29,500 nucleotides of DNA from a bacterium (GTDB lineage Bacteria > Patescibacteriota > Patescibacteriia > JAZDEU01). Both the position numbers and the translations under genes were made by a program. Of this stretch, positions 9,655 through 17,046 are shown piece after piece. The notes beneath the pieces were generated by a model that was given only the letters and a program-made list of their open reading frames with translations, did no database searches and was not told where the DNA came from. Every line of letters starts with the position of its first letter. The first letter of the stretch is position 1. The DNA lies in the NCBI GenBank assembly GCA_043800235.1, contig JAZDNE010000080.1:1-29500 (forward strand). The letters run 5' to 3'.

Positions 9655-11622
9655 ATGATTCGCATTTTAGATAATAACTTAATAAATAAAATAGCGGCTG
9701 GAGAGGTTGTCGATAGACCTGCTTCAGTTGTTAAAGAATTAGTTGAGAATTCGCTTGACGCAGGCGCAGATTTTATAAGTGTAGAATTAAAAAATGGCGG
9801 CATAGATTTAATAGAAGTCGCGGATAATGGCAAGGGAATGAATAAAGATGATGCTATGTTATGCGTGAAAAGGCACGCGACGAGCAAAATTGAAAAAATA
9901 GAAGATCTTAATAATATTAGAAGTTTTGGTTTTAGGGGAGAGGCTTTAGCGGCGATTTCTTCTGTGAGCAGATTTAGCTTGCAAACGAAAGAGAAAGGAG
10001 CGATAAGCGGGGTTATTTTATCTTGCGGGTCGGAATCTCTCATTATTGACAATGGCTGTTATATTGATAAGTCGTCTGCGGCGGATGATAATAAATGGGA
10101 AATAAAAGATATAGGTTGCTCTGAAGGCGCGAAGATTCGCGCGGAAAATTTATTTTATAATATTCCGGCGCGGAAAAAATTTTTAAAAAGCGCGCAAACA
10201 GAATTTAATCATATTTTAAACACGCTTACTGATATTTCGCTTTCTAATTTTGGCGTTAGATTAAAATTAGTTCATAATGGAAAAATAATTTTTGATTATT
10301 TGGCGGACGCGAAACAACGCGAAGAAGAGCATAAAACGATGCAAAAAAATGATAATTGGGATAATAGAGTAAAGGTTGTTTTAGGGAACGATAATTTTTC
10401 TAAGATGATTCCTTTTTATCAAGAAGCGGGAGAAATGATTTTATGCGGATTTGCGTCTTCTTTGACGGATACCCATTCAATCAAAGGGCAACAATATTTA
10501 TTCGTTAATAATAGGCCAGTGCGCAACAATATTGTTCACAAGGCTATTTATGAAGCATATAGAAATTTAGTTCCCGCCGGGAGTCATCCTAATTTTGTAA
10601 TAAAATTAGATTTAGAGCCTGAATTAGTTGATGTTAATGTCCATCCTCGAAAAATGGAAGTAAAATTTTTACGCCAGCAGGATGTTTTTAAAATGGTTGA
10701 AGCTGTTGTAAGAGAAGCGGTGACAGGCAGAAAATTTAGAAATTTAGAAACTAATAAATTAGACTTAAGTTATGGATATTTAGCCAGTGGAAATAATGTT
10801 GAAATTCGAAACAAATCACAAAATCAAAATTTAAAATTTCAAAATGTGGAACAATATAAAACGCAGGAAAGGAATAATATTAGCAGATTATCGTCTTTCT
10901 TGCCCTGCTCAAGGGAGGGACTAAACGAGTATGGCCGCGCTGTTGTGAAAGATGGCAAACAGCAAGATGCTGTTAGGTTTTTCAATGATTCAATGTTTGG
11001 CGCGGAAAAGCGCGAGGGAGAAGAGTCATCTTGGAAATTGATAGGGCAGATTAAAAATTTATATTTGATTGTTGAGACAATAGATGGAATAATTTTAATT
11101 GATCAGCATGCCGCGCATGAAAGAATAATTTATGATAGTATAATAGAAAAAATAAAACAGGAAAATTATAAATTTCAACAGCTTTTTGTTCCGTTAAAAA
11201 TAGAACTTTCTTTGCGCGAGATGGTAAATTTAAAACAGAATTTTGAAATTTTAAAGAAAATCGGATTTGAGATAGAAGAATTTGGAACAAATACTATTAT
11301 TGTTCAAACCGTTCCGCAAGATATTTCAGGAAAAAATGTTGAAGAAATTATTAGAGGAATTATAAACGACTTGCTTTCTTTTGGGAGTGAAGATTTGAAA
11401 TTTAACGAAAAAACATTAGAAGAGGCGAGGAATAAAGTTGTGTGTTATATTTCTTGCAGAAGCGCTATTATGGCTGGGGATAAGATTTCTTTAGAGGAAC
11501 AAACTGATTTAGTTAGAAAAGTTATGAGTGGCGAAGTGAAGGCAACTTGTCCGCATGGAAGACCTATAATATCTATTTTGCGGTGGGATGAAATAGGAAA
11601 GAGATTTAAACGCAATTCATAA
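9655..11622 (+). CDS. mutL: DNA mismatch repair endonuclease MutL
   Basis: NKIAAGEVVDRPASVVKELVENSLDAGA, GFRGEAL, DVNVHPRK, DQHAAHERIIYD, QQLFVP clamp motif, SCR, CPHGRP. Confidence 0.98.
   Translation: MIRILDNNLINKIAAGEVVDRPASVVKELVENSLDAGADFISVELKNGGIDLIEVADNGKGMNKDDAMLCVKRHATSKIEKIEDLNNIRSFGFRGEALAAISSVSRFSLQTKEKGAISGVILSCGSESLIIDNGCYIDKSSAADDNKWEIKDIGCSEGAKIRAENLFYNIPARKKFLKSAQTEFNHILNTLTDISLSNFGVRLKLVHNGKIIFDYLADAKQREEEHKTMQKNDNWDNRVKVVLGNDNFSKMIPFYQEAGEMILCGFASSLTDTHSIKGQQYLFVNNRPVRNNIVHKAIYEAYRNLVPAGSHPNFVIKLDLEPELVDVNVHPRKMEVKFLRQQDVFKMVEAVVREAVTGRKFRNLETNKLDLSYGYLASGNNVEIRNKSQNQNLKFQNVEQYKTQERNNISRLSSFLPCSREGLNEYGRAVVKDGKQQDAVRFFNDSMFGAEKREGEESSWKLIGQIKNLYLIVETIDGIILIDQHAAHERIIYDSIIEKIKQENYKFQQLFVPLKIELSLREMVNLKQNFEILKKIGFEIEEFGTNTIIVQTVPQDISGKNVEEIIRGIINDLLSFGSEDLKFNEKTLEEARNKVVCYISCRSAIMAGDKISLEEQTDLVRKVMSGEVKATCPHGRPIISILRWDEIGKRFKRNS
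10895..10925 (+). repeat. Decayed hairpin repeat in frame in the MutL linker
   Basis: CTTTCTTGCCCTGCTCAAGGGAGGGACTAAA (CCCT/AGGG stem plus G-run). Confidence 0.45.
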
Positions 11623-11633
11623 TTTTGTAAATT

Positions 11634-11660
11634 AGAAAGGAGCATTCGGCTAAAGTCCCG
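11634..11660 (-). repeat. Solo right TIR of family A, just after the mutL stop
   Basis: Reverse complement CGGGACTTTAGCCGAATGCTCCTTT matches the family A end GGGACTGTCGCCGAATGCTCCTTT at 22 of 24 positions. Confidence 0.75.
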
Positions 11661-11670
11661 CTATAATTTT

Positions 11671-11991
11671 ATGCCAATTAAACTTAATATATCTCTTCTT
11701 CAAGACGCTATCAATCGCGCTGGCATAAGAAAGCAAGTTGATTCTGTTTTGGTTTTGGAAAAATTTATAAAAATTGTTGAAAAAATATTTACAGAAGAAT
11801 ATTCGAAAGAGCGGGCGCGTGGAATTTTAACTGATTTTAAGCCTTTGCATTTTAAAAATAAAGTGATAACTGTCGCGTCATTAAACCCTTCTTTAAGTCA
11901 GGAGCTTAGATTAAGAGAAAGGACGATTTTATATCGACTTAACAATGAATTTGGAAAAAATATTGTTGATAGGATTTTATTTGTTGTTTAA
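11671..11991 (+). CDS. DciA/DUF721-family protein
   Basis: FKNKVITVASLNPSLSQELRLRERTILYRLNNEFG..VDRILF pattern. Confidence 0.75.
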   Translation: MPIKLNISLLQDAINRAGIRKQVDSVLVLEKFIKIVEKIFTEEYSKERARGILTDFKPLHFKNKVITVASLNPSLSQELRLRERTILYRLNNEFGKNIVDRILFVV

Positions 11992-12000
11992 AATCAGCTG

Positions 12001-12573
12001 TTATTTATCTACGACTCTTTCTACATACTCGCCGCTTTCTGTGTTTACTCGCACAATATTTCCTTCTTTTATAAAAAGAGGAGCTTGAATTTTTAATCCA
12101 TTTTCTAAAGTTATATATTTTGTCGCTGTTGTAGAAGTATCTCCTTTAACAGCATCTGGCGCTTCAATTACTTTATAGTCGGCTTTAGGCGGCAAATCTA
12201 TTGAAATCGGATTGTTGTTGTAATATAAAATATAAATTTCAAGACCTTCTTTTAAGAATTTTCCTTGTTCTCCTATTACATCTTTTGATATGCTTGCTTG
12301 TTCGTAAGTGTCCTGTTCCATAAAATTATAGTTTTCTGGTTCTTCATAAAGATATTGCGCTTTTTTTCTTTGAAGATCCGCTGTCTCCACCTGCTCGCCT
12401 GATTTAAAAGTAATTTCAAGAAGTTTCCCTGTTTGGCAATTTTTTATTTTTGTGCGCGTGAAAGCCGTCCCTTTGCCCGGGTTTACTTTTTGAAAATCTG
12501 CAATTACATAAGGCTCTCCTTTCCATAGAAGAGCGACGCCTTTTTTAAAATCGGAAGTTGTGATTGTTGGCAT
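12001..12573 (-). CDS. efp: Elongation factor P
   Basis: VNPGKGTAFTR, YLYEE, VKGDTST, IQAPLFIKEG.IVRVNTESGEYVERV. Confidence 0.97.
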   Translation of the reverse strand: MPTITTSDFKKGVALLWKGEPYVIADFQKVNPGKGTAFTRTKIKNCQTGKLLEITFKSGEQVETADLQRKKAQYLYEEPENYNFMEQDTYEQASISKDVIGEQGKFLKEGLEIYILYYNNNPISIDLPPKADYKVIEAPDAVKGDTSTTATKYITLENGLKIQAPLFIKEGNIVRVNTESGEYVERVVDK

Positions 12574-12580
12574 ATTTTAC

Positions 12581-12608
12581 ACACCCTCGGCACCTCTATA
12601 GAGGGAAA
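12581..12608. repeat. Decayed C-run/hairpin repeat in the efp leader
   Basis: ACACCCTCGGCA plus perfect 12-bp palindrome CCTCTATAGAGG (12593-12604). Confidence 0.5.
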
Positions 12609-12620
12609 CTAAGTTTTAAC

Positions 12621-12786
12621 AGGGGCTGTCGCCGAATGCTCCTTTAGTCATAAATTTCCAGATTTACCAGGCATAATTTTTCAAACAAATTTTGCGGTTT
12701 AGCCTAAGCTAAAGGGAAAAAATTTTTTGGAAAATTTGACCGAAATATGGGGATTTAGGACAAAGAGGTATTCGGCGACAGCCCCT
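12621..12786 (+). mobile_element. Foldback MITE-like element, family A, copy 2 (complete, 166 bp)
   Basis: Perfect 17-bp TIR AGGGGCTGTCGCCGAAT; TAA at 12617-12619 (one extra C follows) and 12787-12789. Confidence 0.9.
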
Positions 12787-13876
12787 TAATGCCTAAACCA
12801 TTTTTATACGCGATTGAACATGCTCCTTCTCTTGATACCATACACGGTCCTTGCGGATTTTCCGGCGCGCATTTTTTATTAAAATTCGGACACTTTGCCG
12901 GCTCTATATTTCCTTTTATAACCTCCGCGCATAAACAATCCTCACTTGATGATGGCGTTAAACTATTATTAAAATCACTGCGCGCGTTTAACAAATTTCT
13001 ATATATTTCTTTCGCATCTATATTAGCATATTTTGCGCGAAGTTCGAAACCGCTATTGTGAATAATGCCAAGCCCTCGCCAATCGCTATTTTTAATCTCA
13101 AAAACCTCATCAATCAATTTTATAGCTTTTTTATTCCCCTCGGCTCTAACAACTCTTTTGTATTCATTTTCAACTTCAGCTCTGCCCTCGATAATTTGGC
13201 ATAAAAGCATTATTATCCCTTTTAAAACATCCGACATTTCAAACCCTGTTATAGCTTGCGGGATATTTCCATAGAAAGAACGAAGCATCGCCCCGTTCCC
13301 ACAACCTGAATAATGCGTTTTAAAATCACAAAACGCATCCGATCCGACAATAGCCGCCACATGACCTGGAGAAATCAAACCATCTACTTTTATTTCCCCG
13401 TTTGCCAGTAATGTTTTCATTGCCGGAATAAAAGCCTTATGCGCGGAATAAATTTTTTTTCCCCTCTTTGCGATTGAAGCGCTCATTGGAGCTGTCGTTT
13501 CAAAACCGATAGCAAAAAAAACTATCTCTTCCGAAAATTTTAATAATTCTTCAACTCCATAAATTTCTTTTACTTTCGCGCCCATTTCTCGCGCGTCCGC
13601 TAAACTCATTTTCGAACCTTTAACTCTTATCATATCTCCATAAGTTGCGATAGGAACCCCGCTTATCGCCAGTTTTACAACAGCGTCGATATCATTACGA
13701 GATGTGACGCAAACAGGACAACCTGGACCTGAAATAAGTTTCACATTTTGAGGCAAAATTTCTTTTATCCCGGATTCAGCGATAACTTGCGTATGCGTGC
13801 CGCAAACCTCCATTAGTTTAACTTCTCTTTTTATCTTTTTCGCTAAATTTTTAATTTTATCCAAATACTCTTGCAT
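12755..13876 (-). CDS. hypD: [NiFe]-hydrogenase maturation protein HypD
   Basis: MEVCGTHT, GPGCPVCV, GFETT, PGHV and C-terminal C..C..C..PCMVS.EGAC motifs. Confidence 0.95.
   Translation of the reverse strand: MQEYLDKIKNLAKKIKREVKLMEVCGTHTQVIAESGIKEILPQNVKLISGPGCPVCVTSRNDIDAVVKLAISGVPIATYGDMIRVKGSKMSLADAREMGAKVKEIYGVEELLKFSEEIVFFAIGFETTAPMSASIAKRGKKIYSAHKAFIPAMKTLLANGEIKVDGLISPGHVAAIVGSDAFCDFKTHYSGCGNGAMLRSFYGNIPQAITGFEMSDVLKGIIMLLCQIIEGRAEVENEYKRVVRAEGNKKAIKLIDEVFEIKNSDWRGLGIIHNSGFELRAKYANIDAKEIYRNLLNARSDFNNSLTPSSSEDCLCAEVIKGNIEPAKCPNFNKKCAPENPQGPCMVSREGACSIAYKNGLGIKGLSPNTSLS
13272..13302 (-). repeat. Decayed GTAG-type REP-like hairpin in frame in hypD
   Basis: Minus strand GTGGGAACGGGGC-GAT-GCTTCGTTCTTTCTA; 9-bp stem with two G-T pairs. 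Confidence 0.55.
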
Positions 13877-13916
13877 AAATCTATAATGTTAATATATACT
13901 TATTTCTAAATACCAT

Positions 13917-14741
13917 ATGCCCGAACTTCCAGAAGTTGAAACAATTAAAAAAGAATTAGAAGAAAAAATTTTAGGCAAAAAAATTGCCAAAGCAGAATTA
14001 ATTTTGCCTAAAATAACAAACTTTAATCAAAAAGATTTTATTAAAAGAATTAAAAATTCTAAAATTATTTTTATAGAAAGAAAAGCGAAAAATTTAGTTA
14101 TAAAATTATCCAACAAAGAAAATATTTTGATCCATTTGAAATTGACCGGGCAGTTAATTTATTTTGCGCCGAAAAAATACAAAAAACAAAAATACACGCA
14201 TTTGATATTTTATTTTTCTGACGGCTCTAAATTATTATATAATGATTTAAGGCAATTTGGTTATGTTAAATTATTATCAACGGAAGAATTGGAAAAATAT
14301 TTCAAAAAACAAAATTTTGGGATAAATCCAATAGATAAAAATTTTACTTTAACAAAATTTAATGAAATGCTCAAAAAAAAACGAGGTAAAATTAAAGTTG
14401 TTTTAATGGACCAAAAATTTATAGCGGGAATCGGCAATCTGTATGCGGCGGAAATCTGCTATTTTGCCAAAGTCCGTCCCGATAAAGAAATCTCGAAATT
14501 AAATGGGAAAAAAGTAAGCGAATTATTCCAAGGCATCAAAAAAATATTGCAAAAAGCGATCAAATATAAAGGATCATCAGTTGAAAATTATGTGGATATT
14601 TATGGAAAAAAAGGGGAATTTGTCCCTCATTTAAAAGTTTATAGAAGAGAAGGAAAAAAATGTTTGCGATGCGGCGTCGAAATAAAAGCTATGAAATTAG
14701 GCGGACGAGGAACATATTTTTGCCCGCAATGCCAAAAATAG
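13917..14741 (+). CDS. mutM: Formamidopyrimidine-DNA glycosylase (Fpg/MutM)
   Basis: N-terminal MPELPEVET, HLKLTG, GIGNLYAAE, C-terminal zinc finger C.RCG..GRGTYFCPQCQ. Confidence 0.97.
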   Translation: MPELPEVETIKKELEEKILGKKIAKAELILPKITNFNQKDFIKRIKNSKIIFIERKAKNLVIKLSNKENILIHLKLTGQLIYFAPKKYKKQKYTHLIFYFSDGSKLLYNDLRQFGYVKLLSTEELEKYFKKQNFGINPIDKNFTLTKFNEMLKKKRGKIKVVLMDQKFIAGIGNLYAAEICYFAKVRPDKEISKLNGKKVSELFQGIKKILQKAIKYKGSSVENYVDIYGKKGEFVPHLKVYRREGKKCLRCGVEIKAMKLGGRGTYFCPQCQK

Positions 14742-14776
14742 GAGTATTTACTCATATTAATCAATCTTTCCGCAAA

Positions 14777-15229
14777 TTAGTCATCAATATATAATCCCGT
14801 TCTATGTTCCTGCGCTTTGCCTGCGGCTTTTATTAATTTATCAAGCGTATAATACGCGACCGCATAAGCTGACAAAGTTATAATTAAACCAATAATTACA
14901 TCTCTTATTATTATTTTCGCTTTACTTACTTGCTCATCATTTCCTCCAGCAGTCATCCATAAATATCCTGCGTAAACAGCAAGGACGACGAAAACTAAAG
15001 CCAAAAGACTCAAAATATCTTTAATAATCTCGGCTATAATAATAACTATCCCTCTTTCTTTTTCACCTGCTTCGCCAATATCTTGCTTATATTCAGTTTG
15101 CTCAACAACCTTATTTAAAGAATTTTCCCAATTATAAGAATTTTGCGCCTTAATAATAGGCGCCATTATAAAAAAACAATATATAAGCGACAATAGCAAA
15201 AAATTATAATTTAGGATCTTTTTTCTCAT
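14777..15229 (-). CDS. CPR-type pilin (TrbC/VirB2-like)
   Basis: Signal/TM then YAGYLWMTAGGNDEQVSKAKIII..IIGLIITLSAY. Confidence 0.7.
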   Translation of the reverse strand: MRKKILNYNFLLLSLIYCFFIMAPIIKAQNSYNWENSLNKVVEQTEYKQDIGEAGEKERGIVIIIAEIIKDILSLLALVFVVLAVYAGYLWMTAGGNDEQVSKAKIIIRDVIIGLIITLSAYAVAYYTLDKLIKAAGKAQEHRTGLYIDD

Positions 15230-15252
15230 AATTTCACTTTATAAATTTTTAT

Positions 15253-15702
15253 TTATAAATTACTAATTGTTCCCGAAATTCTGCCCATCACATAATAAGT
15301 AATAGCGTAAGCCAAAAATACTATCGCGATTCCTATAATTGCGTTGATAATATAACTCTTTGCTTGCGATATTTTTTCTTCATTCCCATCTGCGGAAAAC
15401 CATAAATATCCTGCGTAAATTATTAAAATAATAAGTATTATTCCGACAAAACTCAAAACTAATTCAACTCCTTTTCCAATAATCGCATAAAATTTATTTT
15501 CAACATTCACGCTGGTTATTGGCTCTTGTCCAACTAAAGTATTATAATTTCCGCTTGCTCCTTCCTCTAATATTTCCTTTGCGTTATGCTCATCTATATT
15601 ATACTTTTCCGCAGATTCAGCTTGCACTTTTGCCAAATTTCCATTAACCGCAAAAAAAATGCTTAAAACTAAAATACAGTTTATTAAAATAATTTTTTTC
15701 AT
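15253..15702 (-). CDS. CPR-type pilin (TrbC/VirB2-like), tandem paralogue
   Basis: YAGYLWFSADGNEEKISQAKSYIINAIIGIAIVFLAY. Confidence 0.7.
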   Translation of the reverse strand: MKKIILINCILVLSIFFAVNGNLAKVQAESAEKYNIDEHNAKEILEEGASGNYNTLVGQEPITSVNVENKFYAIIGKGVELVLSFVGIILIILIIYAGYLWFSADGNEEKISQAKSYIINAIIGIAIVFLAYAITYYVMGRISGTISNL

Positions 15703-15740
15703 ACACTTGATACTTTATACTGAATAATTTATACTAATTA

Positions 15741-15906
15741 TGGGACTTATGCCGAATGCTCCTTTAGTCATAAATTGAAAGATTTACCAGGCATAATTTT
15801 TCAAACAAATTTTGCGGTTTAGCCTAAGCTAAGGGGTAAGAATTTTTTGGAAAATTTGACCGAAATATGGGAATTTAGGACAAAGAGGCATTCGGCATAA
15901 GTCCCA
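15741..15906 (+). mobile_element. Foldback MITE-like element, family A, copy 3 (complete, 166 bp)
   Basis: Perfect 19-bp TIR TGGGACTTATGCCGAATGC; TTA direct repeats at 15738-15740 and 15907-15909. Confidence 0.92.
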
Positions 15907-15929
15907 TTATATCATATTTTCACACATCT

Positions 15930-17027
15930 ATGCAACAAAGAACTTCAAATCTTATCGCCAGAGCTAAAATAATAGCAAATATCAGAAAATGGTTTGAAAA
16001 AAATCATTTTATTGAAGTTGAAACGCCTATCTTAGTTGACTGTCCTGATTTATCGCCAAATTTTGATATTCTAAAAACTAAAATCCATAATTCCCGCCTT
16101 AGCGCGTTTCCATCATCCATTTATCCTTTTACAAATCAATCGCATTCACAGAACTGTTTTTGTTTAGCGGGAAATGACGACAAAGGAAATACTAAATCTC
16201 TATCAAAATTATCCGCCGCATCTATAAAATATTTAATAACATCTCCCGAATTTTCAATGAAAAAATTATTAGCGCTTGAAAAATTAAACAACATTTATAC
16301 AATCACAAAAGTATTTCGCGATAATGAAGAAAACACGGGCATACATAGCATAGAATTTACTATGCTTGAATGGTATCGCAAAAATGCGGATTATACAGAT
16401 ATTATGCAAGATACAGAGGAATTAGTAACTCATCTTATTTGCTTCGCGCGCCCATTTCCCCGCCTAAAAATATCCAACCTCTTTAAAAAATACGCTTGCA
16501 TAGATAATGTCGAAAAATTATCTATTCCAGTATTCACAAAAATTATTCATTCGAGGGAATATAGCAAAGATAAAAATTTAACCTACGAACAATGCTTCAA
16601 TTTAATTTTTCTAAACGAAATAGAATCTAAACTTCCCAAAACCCCTTTTTTTCTTATAGACTACCCCGCCCCGCTCGCGGCGCTGGCAAAATTTAAAAAA
16701 AATAATCCGCATATAGCCGAAAGATTTGAATTATACATCAACGGCATAGAACTTTGCAACGGTTTTTCTGAACTTACTGACGGGAAAGAACAATTATCTC
16801 GTTTTAAAAAAGAAAATATCCTGCGCAAACGGATGGGCAAACCGCAACTTCCAATTGATTATGAATTATGTAAAAAATTAGATTCTATTTCTATAAAAAC
16901 AAAGGGACATCCTGTTCATGCGGCAAAGACCAAAAAAAACGCTATGGTAGGAGGCAACGCGATAGGCATAGATAGATTGGTTATGATTTTATTAAACGCG
17001 ACAGCGATTGATGAAGTTATGTATTAA
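15930..17027 (+). CDS. epmA: EF-P lysyl ligase EpmA (GenX/PoxA) with inserts
   Basis: FIEVETP, YLITSPEFSMKKLLA, VFRDNEE..H.IEFTMLEWYR, AERFELYINGIELCNGFSEL, AIGIDRL; lacks the LysRS anticodon domain. Confidence 0.88.
   Translation: MQQRTSNLIARAKIIANIRKWFEKNHFIEVETPILVDCPDLSPNFDILKTKIHNSRLSAFPSSIYPFTNQSHSQNCFCLAGNDDKGNTKSLSKLSAASIKYLITSPEFSMKKLLALEKLNNIYTITKVFRDNEENTGIHSIEFTMLEWYRKNADYTDIMQDTEELVTHLICFARPFPRLKISNLFKKYACIDNVEKLSIPVFTKIIHSREYSKDKNLTYEQCFNLIFLNEIESKLPKTPFFLIDYPAPLAALAKFKKNNPHIAERFELYINGIELCNGFSELTDGKEQLSRFKKENILRKRMGKPQLPIDYELCKKLDSISIKTKGHPVHAAKTKKNAMVGGNAIGIDRLVMILLNATAIDEVMY
16086..16180. repeat. Decayed CGTC-type inverted REP pair in frame in epmA
   Basis: CATAATTCCCGCCTTAGCG..CCAT on the left and TTAGCGGGAAATGACG on the right (reverse complement CGTCATTTCCCGC). 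Confidence 0.55.
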
Positions 17028-17046
17028 AAAATTTAATTTTTTATTT

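Noticed and set aside
13871-13895. dif-like GCATAA-ATCTA-TAATGTTAAT near the skew switch
   Set aside because: Spacer is 5 bp rather than 6, the inner TTATG is broken, and the site overlaps the hypD start and a promoter region.
12621-15906. CRISPR array or tRNA/rRNA interpretation of the repeats
   Set aside because: Copies are 166 bp, dispersed and not regularly spaced; no cas genes, cloverleaf or rRNA signature.
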